This document shows positions 10,857 to 19,299 of a DNA stretch of 64,000 nt, one piece after another (position 1 is the stretch's first letter; every line of letters starts with the position of its first letter). Source of the DNA: Candidatus Eiseniibacteriota bacterium. GTDB lineage: Bacteria > Eisenbacteria > RBG-16-71-46 > CAVPCR01. The translations under genes and the position numbers were made by a program. Where the stretch lies: the NCBI GenBank assembly GCA_963823555.1, contig CAWGMA010000001.1, positions 320,001-384,000 on the forward strand, read 5' to 3'. Below the pieces are notes generated by a model. That model had not been told where the DNA came from, did no database searches, and saw only the letters and a program-made list of their open reading frames with translations.

Positions 10857-11783
10857 ATGGAACCAACCCGTGACATCATGTTGAGTCCTGACTCCAGCTC
10901 GCCCGCGGCGGGCCGCTCTCCCGGCGGCGGTCCGGAAGAAGCCGTCGCGGCGGATCTGGCCCGGCTCGAGGCGGTCCTTGCCTCGCTCGGGCGAGTGATC
11001 GTGGCCTTTTCCGGCGGGGTCGATTCCACGCTCGTTCTTGCGGTGGCTCATCGCGTGCTCGGCGAGCAAGCACTTGCCGTGACCGGCGTTTCGCCGAGTC
11101 TCGCCGCCAGCGAACGGGCCGAAGCCCGATCCCTCGCTCTCCGGATCGGAGCGCGCCACCGCGAGATCGAGACCTACGAACACCTGGATCCTCGCTACAT
11201 GGCCAACGCGGGCGACCGCTGTTATTACTGCAAGTCAGACCTGTTCGACCGCCTCCGCGCGATTCAGCAGGCAGAAGGCTACGAGGCCATCGTCGATGGC
11301 ACCAATGCCGACGACCTGGGGGATACTCGACCGGGGCTCCGGGCTGCGGCCGAGCGCCAGGTCCGGCACCCACTGGTAGAGGCCCAGCTCGACAAGGACC
11401 GTGTCCGCCAGCTGTCCCGCCACCTCGGGCTGCCTTCCTGGGACAAGCCGGAGATGGCCTGCCTGGCGTCGCGCCTGCCCATGGGAACGCCGGTGAGCAC
11501 GGAACGGCTCAGACGGGCGGAGCGGGCCGAGGCCGCGGTGAGGGCTCTCGGCTTCCGGCAAGTCCGGGTGCGAGACCATGGGGATCTCGGTCGGGTGGAG
11601 ATCGCGCCGGAGGAGATGAACAGGATCCGCGGCGGGGATCTCGAGGTCAGGATCCGAGCCGCAGTGGTTGCCTCCGGATTCGCGCGGGCGATGGTTGATC
11701 CAGACGGCTACCGCCGGGGGGGCGCAGTCCGCTCGGCCGGCGGGTCGGAGCGGGAATCGAAGCAGGCAGAGGGGGGAATCTAG
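10857..11783 (+). CDS. larE: LarE-family ATP-dependent sacrificial sulfur transferase
   Basis: PP-loop AFSGGVDS, RCYYCK, DGTNADD..DTRPG, KPEMACLASR, VRVRDHG. Confidence 0.88.
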   Translation: MEPTRDIMLSPDSSSPAAGRSPGGGPEEAVAADLARLEAVLASLGRVIVAFSGGVDSTLVLAVAHRVLGEQALAVTGVSPSLAASERAEARSLALRIGARHREIETYEHLDPRYMANAGDRCYYCKSDLFDRLRAIQQAEGYEAIVDGTNADDLGDTRPGLRAAAERQVRHPLVEAQLDKDRVRQLSRHLGLPSWDKPEMACLASRLPMGTPVSTERLRRAERAEAAVRALGFRQVRVRDHGDLGRVEIAPEEMNRIRGGDLEVRIRAAVVASGFARAMVDPDGYRRGGAVRSAGGSERESKQAEGGI

Positions 11784-11785
11784 CC

Positions 11786-12130
11786 ATGGCCGATGCCGAT
11801 CGCAGTCGGAAGCGAGGTCGTGACCGGACCGAGACGCGCGCCGATAGGCGGCGTGTTGCCGCGGACGGCCGCAAGAAGCGCGGGAAGGTCGATCAGGATC
11901 ATCTCCCTCTCGAGCGCGCCAACCTCATGCTCTTTGCCCTTGCGCTCGCCGTGATCGTAATCGGCTATTTGACCCTGGCCGCGGGGTCGATCACTTTGGC
12001 CCCTATTCTGCTTGTGCTCGGCTACTGCGTCCTGATCCCGGTGGCCATCGTCTTCCGACCGCGGACCCGGCGGATGGCGGATACCGGGGCCGGGCCCCTG
12101 GAAGCACGACCTGGTTCGGGGGGCGAATAG
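11786..12130 (+). CDS. Small two-TM membrane protein (DUF3098-like); stop codon lies inside tRNA-Val
   Basis: Basic N-terminus, then NLMLFALALAVIVIGY...SITLAPILLVLGYCVLIPVAI. Confidence 0.7.
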   Translation: MADADRSRKRGRDRTETRADRRRVAADGRKKRGKVDQDHLPLERANLMLFALALAVIVIGYLTLAAGSITLAPILLVLGYCVLIPVAIVFRPRTRRMADTGAGPLEARPGSGGE

Positions 12131-12197
12131 CTCAGCTGGTCAGAGCGCTTGCCTTACAAGCAAGAGGTCACAGGTTCGATCCCTGTTTCGCCCACCA
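12121..12197 (+). tRNA. tRNA-Val(TAC)
   Basis: GGGCGAA/TTCGCCC acceptor stem, CTTGC-CTTACAA-GCAAG anticodon arm, GGTTCGATCCC T-arm, CCA end. Confidence 0.97.
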
Positions 12198-12335
12198 GCC
12201 TTGACTCCTCCCCATCCCGGACGGCCTTGCCCCCCCCGGGGGGGGCCGGAGCTCACCGGGCCCCCGCGGAGATGGCCCCGAGGGGGCAGCAAGCCCCTCC
12301 AGCCGCCCCGGGCCTTCCAGCCGCCCGAGGTGGCG

Positions 12336-12364
12336 TTGACAGGAGGAATGGATGTTGCTAAGCT
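12336..12364 (+). promoter_or_regulatory. Putative sigma70 promoter P1 of the secreted-protein cluster
   Basis: TTGACA-N17-TAAGCT with a TG extended -10. Confidence 0.55.
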
Positions 12365-12520
12365 ATAGTCAGTGGAGAGCTTCCGTGAATTTCCATGCTC
12401 TTCTGCTCGGGGTCCCCGGATCCACGGAACGGACAGCCGGTGTGGGCCGTTTGAACCAGGAGCACCATCACCCGATTCCCGCTACCGTGCGCTGCCCCAG
12501 ATATTTGCGGAATTTGCGCA

Positions 12521-12550
12521 TTGACATATCGGGCCCGTCGGTGATAACCT
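12521..12550 (+). promoter_or_regulatory. Putative sigma70 promoter P2
   Basis: TTGACA-N18-TAACCT with a TG extended -10, preceded by tandem ATTTGCG repeats. Confidence 0.55.
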
Positions 12551-12681
12551 TTTGACTGGCGTCAGAGATTCCGCCGTGTCCGAAAGGGGGTGCTCGACGG
12601 CGCACGGTATGCCCGATTCGGGCCAAGCTCCTGAAAGCTTTTCGCTCTAGGCAACTCAGGATTCTCCTTAGGAGGTGTGTA

Positions 12682-13305
12682 ATGTCGCGTTTCCTCGTCA
12701 GTGCCCTCGGAGCGGCGATTCTCCTGGGCGCCCTCTCGACGCTGGTTCTTGCCGGGCAGCCAGACCCCAATCAGAGCACGTGGGGCAACCTGGTCGGATG
12801 CAGCCCGAAGAACACCACGGCGCCCGTGAATTCCCGATACAGCTTCGTGGGCACCATTCGTGACGGCGCCGGGGCGCCGATCGCGAATTTCCCGGCGAGC
12901 CAACTCGAGCTCGATTTCGGCGATTGCAACGAACCGAGCACGCGGCCGTCGGATCAGATCCCGGCCGACGGTGACAGCAACATCAATGGCCAGGTCACCT
13001 GGAACGTGAACCTCAATTTCGGCGGCAAGGATCCGTGCGCGGTCCGCGTCCTCGTGCAGAACGTGGTCTTCAAGACCCTGGCTGATCATCAGGGATTGCC
13101 GAATGCCCAGATCGACGGTGGCGTGCGCTCAACCGATGAGACGGGCGACGGCCTGGTCGCTCTTGCGGACCTCGGCCAGTTCCAGCAGGAGTTCGTGAAC
13201 ACCGGCACGCGTCGCGACTATGTCGGCGACCTGGGCCCGAACTTCGATGGTCTCACGGCTCTTGCCGACCTCGGTACGTTCCAGCAGCACTTCACCGCTC
13301 CGTAA
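12682..13305 (+). CDS. Secreted protein: Ig-like domain plus C-terminal dockerin-like duplicated Ca-binding repeat
   Basis: Signal peptide MSRFLVSALGAAILLGALSTLVLA; repeats DETGDGLVALADLGQFQQEF and DLGPNFDGLTALADLGTFQQHF; strong AGGAGGT RBS. Confidence 0.8.
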   Translation: MSRFLVSALGAAILLGALSTLVLAGQPDPNQSTWGNLVGCSPKNTTAPVNSRYSFVGTIRDGAGAPIANFPASQLELDFGDCNEPSTRPSDQIPADGDSNINGQVTWNVNLNFGGKDPCAVRVLVQNVVFKTLADHQGLPNAQIDGGVRSTDETGDGLVALADLGQFQQEFVNTGTRRDYVGDLGPNFDGLTALADLGTFQQHFTAP

Positions 13306-13608
13306 GCGGTGGGGGCCAGTCCCGGGGTCTTGATACCCCCGGCTGGCAGGTAAATTGCAACGGTGTTTGACGGTGTAGGTACTGGGGATCCGTCCCCTGG
13401 CGGGTCCCCAGTACCGAAAAGAGGGTGAGGGGTGGCGGAAAGGCTCTCTCTCACCTGAGAATGTCCGAATCGGCCGCGGACGGGAGGGCGAGCGGGGCCA
13501 AAGCGAACGTCAGCAACTGACGGGGGAAATCCTCCAATCAGCTTTGCTTCGGAACCCGACATCTCGACCAGCCAGGAACCTGCAGCTCTTGATCAGGAGG
13601 TAAACAGA

Positions 13609-14232
13609 ATGCGTTACGCGCCCGTAGCGATGGCCTTGTTGGCGCTCTGTCTCACGACGACCGCCTTTGCCGGCCAGAACCCGAACGTGACCCTGCCGAT
13701 GCACGGCAAGACCTCGACCTTCGAGGCTTGCGACGGCTATCTGCCGGTCGATTGCCTCAGCAATCGCCCGACGGTGAATCTTCCCGCTGGTCCCATCACG
13801 GTTTTCCTCTTCGTGATGAACTACGACTGCGTGGCTGGTGTGCAGACCGCATTCCAGCCGGCTGCTACGTGGACCTTCGGGTTCGGCCTCTGGGATTGCC
13901 AGCCGGGCCAGCTGAGCGCCGTGACCCCGGCCGCGCCCTTCGGGCCGACCAGCGGTACGATCACGACGGCCTTCAACTTCCTCAACGGTCCGGCTCTCGG
14001 AGTCGTCGGCCGCATGGTTTTCGTGAACACGGTTAGCGGCTGCGTCGAGCAGGTCCAGTCCAGCTATCCGTTCGAGAACCACGTTCTCGACTGCCAGCAG
14101 GGCATCGACCAGGTGGTCGAGGGTGCTCGCATGGGCAAGATCTGCGTCACCGAGGGTGGCGTGGATGCCTGTGAGCCGCTCGTGGCGGTGGAGCCGGCGA
14201 CCTGGGGCGGCATCAAGGCGCAGTACAACTAG
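13609..14232 (+). CDS. Secreted Cys-rich beta-sandwich (cohesin-like) protein with C-terminal TWGxIK motif
   Basis: Signal peptide ending AFA; AGGAGGT RBS; close paralog of 24375..25010; ends AVEPATWGGIKAQYN. Confidence 0.82.
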   Translation: MRYAPVAMALLALCLTTTAFAGQNPNVTLPMHGKTSTFEACDGYLPVDCLSNRPTVNLPAGPITVFLFVMNYDCVAGVQTAFQPAATWTFGFGLWDCQPGQLSAVTPAAPFGPTSGTITTAFNFLNGPALGVVGRMVFVNTVSGCVEQVQSSYPFENHVLDCQQGIDQVVEGARMGKICVTEGGVDACEPLVAVEPATWGGIKAQYN

Positions 14233-14277
14233 CTCTCCGAGAGCCGCGGGTAGCCTTCCCGGCTCGGCCGGATGATC

Positions 14278-14324
14278 AACGATCGAGGGCGGCTTCTTTC
14301 GGGAAGCCGCCCTCGTCGTTCTTT
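14278..14324 (+). terminator. Intrinsic terminator
   Basis: CGAGGGCGGCTTC / GAAGCCGCCCTCG 13-bp stem followed by TCGTTCTTT. Confidence 0.8.
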
Positions 14325-14425
14325 GCCTTGGAGATGGGACACCCGGCGTGGGGTAGTACGCCTTGCCCTCTCGGAGCCCGAGCGCTAGAATCCCCCGTCA
14401 TTCTCCCTCGCCGGCTGCATGGCTC

Positions 14426-15315
14426 ATGGTGATCAATCAACGGACTTCCATTCTCCTCCTGGGTCTGTGACCCTTTCGCTGGTGCTTTGCGCCCCGACCG
14501 CGGCTCCGGGCGGCGGTTCCGAATCGCCCCTGACGTCGGCTACGGCCGCGGGCGACTCGGCTCGTGCCGGCATCGCTCCCGGCGGCACCCGCATCGGGAC
14601 GCATGAGCTCCCGCCGGAGGCGCCCGATCCGCGTGCCTACCGGGACACGACGCTCACCTACGAAGAGCAATCGAAGCTCGATGAGAGACTCCGGCACGAG
14701 CGCAAGCTGGCAGCGATCGATTCGCTGGATCTCAACCACCATGTCACGCTGGCGCTGCATGCCGCTCCGGCGAGCGAGCGCCGCACCCCATCCGAGATTG
14801 CAGCGCTTGCCCGCGACTGTGAGCATCTCGTCACCGCCGTTGCACCCGGGGACTGGGACATCTTCCTGATCGCGAGGGGGTTCGATCTCCTGAACGGGGT
14901 TTCGTTCACTCTGGCCTGGCCCGAGGACTGGATCGTCCGCGGCTTCAGCCTCAACCCCGAACTGAAGGTGCCCTTCGCCATGGGCGATGTCGGCGCCGGA
15001 TCGGCGCGTCCCTACATGGTCGTCTTCAATTGTGTCGCCCACCCGGAGCGGGAGCCGATGGTGCCGAAGGGTGTCCTGTACACGACCGGCGACCGGGTCG
15101 TCATCGGTCATCTCGAGGTCACGGCAATGAGTCCGGGGTCGCTCACGATCGAGGACAGCGCGAATCCGGACTACGGTCCGCCTGAAGTGTCGAACTGCTG
15201 GAACACGACTCAGGACATACCCGTCACCGCCCGCGGCCGCATCGATGTCGGCTCGGGCCCGGGACTACGGCCCTGCGACGCCGTCCGCCCGCCGGCCGCC
15301 GAAGGGAAACCCTAG
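14426..15315 (+). CDS. Secreted protein, divergent paralog of the Cys-rich family without the TWG tail; probable -1 frameshift near 14467 in the signal peptide
   Basis: C-terminal half (VTLALHA, DIFLIARGFDLLNGVSF..WP, VFNC, GRIDVG..PCD) aligns by eye with the 13609 and 24375 proteins. ATG 14426 gives MVINQRTSILLLGL, which joins VTLSLVLCAPTAA into a signal peptide if one G is restored. Confidence 0.65.
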
Positions 15316-15341
15316 TCGAGGCTCTGCCGCCGGAAGTGCCC

Positions 15342-17108
15342 ATGAAGTCAAGAATGTCCTTTCCAGTCATGGCTGCGTGCCTGTTCGCTCTGTGTCTCGG
15401 GGCCGCCACGATCGAGGCGTGGGGATCCGGGCCGGCTTCGGGAGCCGCTCCGAGCGGGGCGCCGACCGATGTCGTCGCCCGCATCGGTGACGTCGCCATC
15501 GATCGAGCGACCTTCGAGGCCGAGTTCGCCCGCAGCCAGCGCGACACGACCAAGCCCAGGAGCGATCTCGAGGCCCGACAGGAGTTCATGGAGTCGCTCG
15601 TGAACCGCTACCTCCTGGTCGCGGCGGCGCGCGAGGCCGGCTACTTCGAGCCGGATTCGACCCGCGACTACATGATCAAGGGCTTCGAGGATTCGCAGCT
15701 CATCACCATGGTCCGCGACCGGGAGGTGCGCTCGAAGATCGAGGTCACCCCCGAGGAGGTCGAGGCCTACCACGCCAAGTCGGCCGAGCTCTTCGACATG
15801 AGCCAGATCATCGTCGCCACTCGCGAGGAAGCGGAGGCGGTGATGAAGCGGTTCGATGCCGGAGAGGACTTCGCAACCGTCGCTCGCGAGGTGTCGCTCG
15901 ACATCAAATCGTCAGACAAGGGGGGGCAGGTCCCGCCATTCGCCTGGGGCATGACGAGCCTGTCTTTCCTCGCTGCACTCGACGAGATGAAGCCCGGTGA
16001 GATCCGCGGCCCGATCGAGAGCGAGGCTGGTTACCACATCATCCAGCTCCACGGAATGCAACGCAATCCGAACTACGAGCCGCTCAACGATGGACAGCGG
16101 CCCTATGTCGAGTATCGTTGCCGCCTGTTCAAGGAGATGGAGCTCACCAACGAGTTCTACGCTCAGCTCAAGGAGCGTTATCATTTCTCGCCCAACTGGC
16201 CTGCTGTCAATGCGCTGGCCCGGATCTTCCGCGATGCTGTGGCCGCCGCGGTGGAGAACAATCCGCACGCGAGCCGGGAGGATCAGGAGGAAATCGCCAA
16301 GCGCAGTGTCGTCCTCGAGGATTCCCTGCTGCGGCAGCCGATCGCAACCTGGGATTCCGGCTACTTCCTTGTCTTCGAGGACTGGCAGTTCGTGAGCCAG
16401 CTCCCCGGCCTGGCCATCGTCGACCGGCGCAACCCGCACTTCATCGTCGGTGATGCAGCCGCCGACTTCTATCGCGCGGCTCAGGCCATGGAGGCCCGGG
16501 CCAAGGGCTACGACAAGGAGCCGGAACTTCGGCGGGGGGTCGAGCGGAAGCGGGAGGAGATCGCAGTCTCCCAGTTCTACACAACCGAGATACTGGGGAA
16601 GCCGCAGTTCACTGCTGCCGAAGAGCGGGAGTACTACGAGCAGCATCCCGATCAGTTCATCATCGAATCGCAGGTCAAGCTGGCCTGCCTGCAGTACCAG
16701 GCCGATCCGGCGGCGGCAGCGGCCATGGAGGACGCTTTACGGGGGTCGGCGAGCCCAGATTCCCTGCTGAAGGAGCACATGGCACGGGGACTCATCCGGA
16801 CGCAGACCCCGGAAGGCAAGTGGTTCAACGACCAGCAGCACCCCATCATCTTCGGCAAGGCCTGGCCGATGAAGACCGGTGAGATCGGTCGCGTGATCGA
16901 TGAAGAGGGATACTGGACTGTGTTCGTCGTGCTCGACCACCAGGAAGGCCGAATGGCTGCCTTCGATGAGGTCAAGAAGACGGTGCAGACATCGCTCCGC
17001 AACATCAAGGCCGATGAGATTCTCAAGAACATGCTCGCAGATCTGCGTGTCAAGTACCCGGTGTGGGTCGATCCGGCATATGTCCGGAACACGGGAGGGT
17101 CGGAATAG
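15342..17108 (+). CDS. SurA/PrsA-like peptidyl-prolyl isomerase (parvulin) foldase, secreted
   Basis: Signal peptide; VVARIGD; GEDFATVAREVSLD..S.DKGG; GPIESEAGYHIIQL; second degenerate rotamase domain. Confidence 0.85.
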   Translation: MKSRMSFPVMAACLFALCLGAATIEAWGSGPASGAAPSGAPTDVVARIGDVAIDRATFEAEFARSQRDTTKPRSDLEARQEFMESLVNRYLLVAAAREAGYFEPDSTRDYMIKGFEDSQLITMVRDREVRSKIEVTPEEVEAYHAKSAELFDMSQIIVATREEAEAVMKRFDAGEDFATVAREVSLDIKSSDKGGQVPPFAWGMTSLSFLAALDEMKPGEIRGPIESEAGYHIIQLHGMQRNPNYEPLNDGQRPYVEYRCRLFKEMELTNEFYAQLKERYHFSPNWPAVNALARIFRDAVAAAVENNPHASREDQEEIAKRSVVLEDSLLRQPIATWDSGYFLVFEDWQFVSQLPGLAIVDRRNPHFIVGDAAADFYRAAQAMEARAKGYDKEPELRRGVERKREEIAVSQFYTTEILGKPQFTAAEEREYYEQHPDQFIIESQVKLACLQYQADPAAAAAMEDALRGSASPDSLLKEHMARGLIRTQTPEGKWFNDQQHPIIFGKAWPMKTGEIGRVIDEEGYWTVFVVLDHQEGRMAAFDEVKKTVQTSLRNIKADEILKNMLADLRVKYPVWVDPAYVRNTGGSE

Positions 17109-17110
17109 AC

Positions 17111-18880
17111 ATGGCATCCGCTACCAAGGCTCATCGCTCGAACAAGCTGATCCGATTCGTCGCCATCGCTGCCGCCCTGGCCACTGTCGCCTCGTGCAAC
17201 AGTCAGCGCAACATCGTGGCCAAGATTGGTGATCGCACGATCACCCGCACCGAATTCGAGGAGCAGTGGGCCAAGACCACGGTCATGCCCGGGACCAACG
17301 CTGATTCCCTCCGTGATGCTCTCTACGAGTCGCTCATCCACAAGGAGCTGCTCGTGCTCGCGGCCGATAAGCACGGGTACTTCGATGCGCGTGTCGACAG
17401 CATCGCGACCCGCTTTGGAGAGGACCTCCTCCGCAGCAAGGTCCGGCTCGACGAGTCGCACATCGACTCGACCGTTACCGAAGAACAGATCGCAGAGGCG
17501 TTTGCCCGGTCGCACAACGAGATGCGCATGCGTCACATCATCCACTGGGCCGAATCGTCGCTCGACTCCGCGCGTCAGCGCATCGATGGCGGAGAACCGT
17601 TCGCCCAGGTGGCGGCGGATGTCAGTCTCGATCAGCGTAGTGCCGCGGACGGCGGGCTCCTGCCCTGGCTCACCGATCGCCAGCTCATTCGCCAGTTCCG
17701 GGAGACTCTGGACCCGGTGACGATCGGGAAGGTGGTGGGACCTTTCGAAAGTCCGTACGGCTGGCACCTGGCCGTCGTGGACTCGATTCGCGAGCGGGAG
17801 GGTGCCGATCTCGATGCCGAGCGTGAAGGGATCCAGGCCGACATCCTTGCCGAGCGGCAGCTCGAACGGCGTACTGCGGCGCAGCAGGAGTATCGTCGCA
17901 AGTACGATTACAAGATCGACACCGACGCTGCCATGGCCACCCTGGCCGAGGCCGGAGCAGCATTCGAGAAATCGGAAGCCGACTCGGTGCTGCGGAACGC
18001 CCCACTCCACGAGCGTTGGATCCCGTCCGCTCCGGATCGCGAGCTCGCCGGATACAAGGGCGGCAAGATCACCGTAGCCGACTACGAGGACGCTCTCGAG
18101 GCCGGCGGCATTCAGTTTCTCGCTCGCCGGCTTTCACCCCAGGGAATCCTCAACGATCTGAACGAGATCTTCTACCAGGAAGCCCGACTGCGCGAAGCGC
18201 GGGCGCGTGGATACGACAAGGACCCCGAATGGAAGGAGCGCGGTGCGCTCAAGCGCGAGGAGCTGGCCGTCGACCGTCTCTACTCCGAGGATGTCATGAA
18301 GGGAGTCGCGTTCAGCGAAGCGGACTTGAAGGCCTACTACGACGAACATCCCGACCAGTTCCAGCAGCCGGAGGTGTTCCGCTACTCCTTCATCCAGGTC
18401 GATGACGCTTCGGTTGCCCAGTGGCTCGTCGGAGAGATGAAGCCGATCTCGAGGCTGGCTTTCAACCAGGAGGTCACGATCGATGAACGAAGGGAGGCGT
18501 CGGCGCTCTTCGACAGCCTCGAGGTCGAGGTCGGAAACACCGGTCATCTGCTGCGAGCGGTGCGGGATTCAGGGCGGCGCGAGGCCTCGACAGCCGGCGC
18601 CGTGGCCGAAGCCGCCCGCACGATGAAGCCTGGTGATATCGGGCATGTCGTCGAGGCCTACGGCGCACACACCGTCTTCATTCTCATCAGCCACGAGCCC
18701 AAGGGCACGCTTCCCTACGAGAAGGCCCGGGAGCGCGTGGAACGGACGATGATCAACGCCGAGTCCGAGTCCAGGCTGAAGACCCTGCTTGAGGACCTCG
18801 AGGCCGAGTTCGGGGTCGAGCGGTACCCGGAGCGGCTCGGGCCGTCCGCGGGTGCGGGAGAGGCCCCGAGCGGCGAGTAG
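17111..18880 (+). CDS. SurA/PrsA-like peptidyl-prolyl isomerase, probable lipoprotein
   Basis: Lipobox-like VASC; IVAKIGD; GEPFAQVAADVSLDQRSAADGGLL; GPFESPYGWHL; paralog of the upstream gene. Confidence 0.85.
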   Translation: MASATKAHRSNKLIRFVAIAAALATVASCNSQRNIVAKIGDRTITRTEFEEQWAKTTVMPGTNADSLRDALYESLIHKELLVLAADKHGYFDARVDSIATRFGEDLLRSKVRLDESHIDSTVTEEQIAEAFARSHNEMRMRHIIHWAESSLDSARQRIDGGEPFAQVAADVSLDQRSAADGGLLPWLTDRQLIRQFRETLDPVTIGKVVGPFESPYGWHLAVVDSIREREGADLDAEREGIQADILAERQLERRTAAQQEYRRKYDYKIDTDAAMATLAEAGAAFEKSEADSVLRNAPLHERWIPSAPDRELAGYKGGKITVADYEDALEAGGIQFLARRLSPQGILNDLNEIFYQEARLREARARGYDKDPEWKERGALKREELAVDRLYSEDVMKGVAFSEADLKAYYDEHPDQFQQPEVFRYSFIQVDDASVAQWLVGEMKPISRLAFNQEVTIDERREASALFDSLEVEVGNTGHLLRAVRDSGRREASTAGAVAEAARTMKPGDIGHVVEAYGAHTVFILISHEPKGTLPYEKARERVERTMINAESESRLKTLLEDLEAEFGVERYPERLGPSAGAGEAPSGE

Positions 18881-18975
18881 GGCTGCCAGGTGTGCCGGGA
18901 TGGGACAGGAAGTCCGGATCGAGACGGTCGCTGGCTCGGGAGCCGCGGATCCCCGCGGCTCCCACATCTCTTGAC

Positions 18976-19004
18976 TTGACTTAACCGGGTCGCTTCACTA
19001 TAGT
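18976..19004 (+). promoter_or_regulatory. Near-consensus sigma70 promoter
   Basis: TTGACT-N17-TATAGT. Confidence 0.7.
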
Positions 19005-19299
19005 TACAGCGTTAAGGACAGCTTAACCGCCTGCCCTGAGCCGCGCTGCGCACAACCCCCAAGCGGTCGGACCTCCTCCGACCCAGGAAAACACCGCATC
19101 GAACCTGGCTAACGATCTCGAGCACAACAGGGATTCCGCCATCTTGAGGCGGCAACCCAGGTTCCTTTTCCTCGAGCGGTCCGGAAACTGACTTTGATGT
19201 CCTGCTACCCAGTCCGCCCTGGGTGCTGAACACCTATCGAGTGGAGGCTCGTCTCCGAGTCTCCCGCATCGGACCCGAGGCGGGTCCGGAGGAATGAGC

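Noticed and set aside
19030..19175. 6S RNA or c-di-GMP riboswitch identity for the 19 kb leader
   Set aside because: Only a short CCCTGAGCCG resemblance to 6S; no rod-with-bubble fold and no GEMM consensus, so it is left unassigned.
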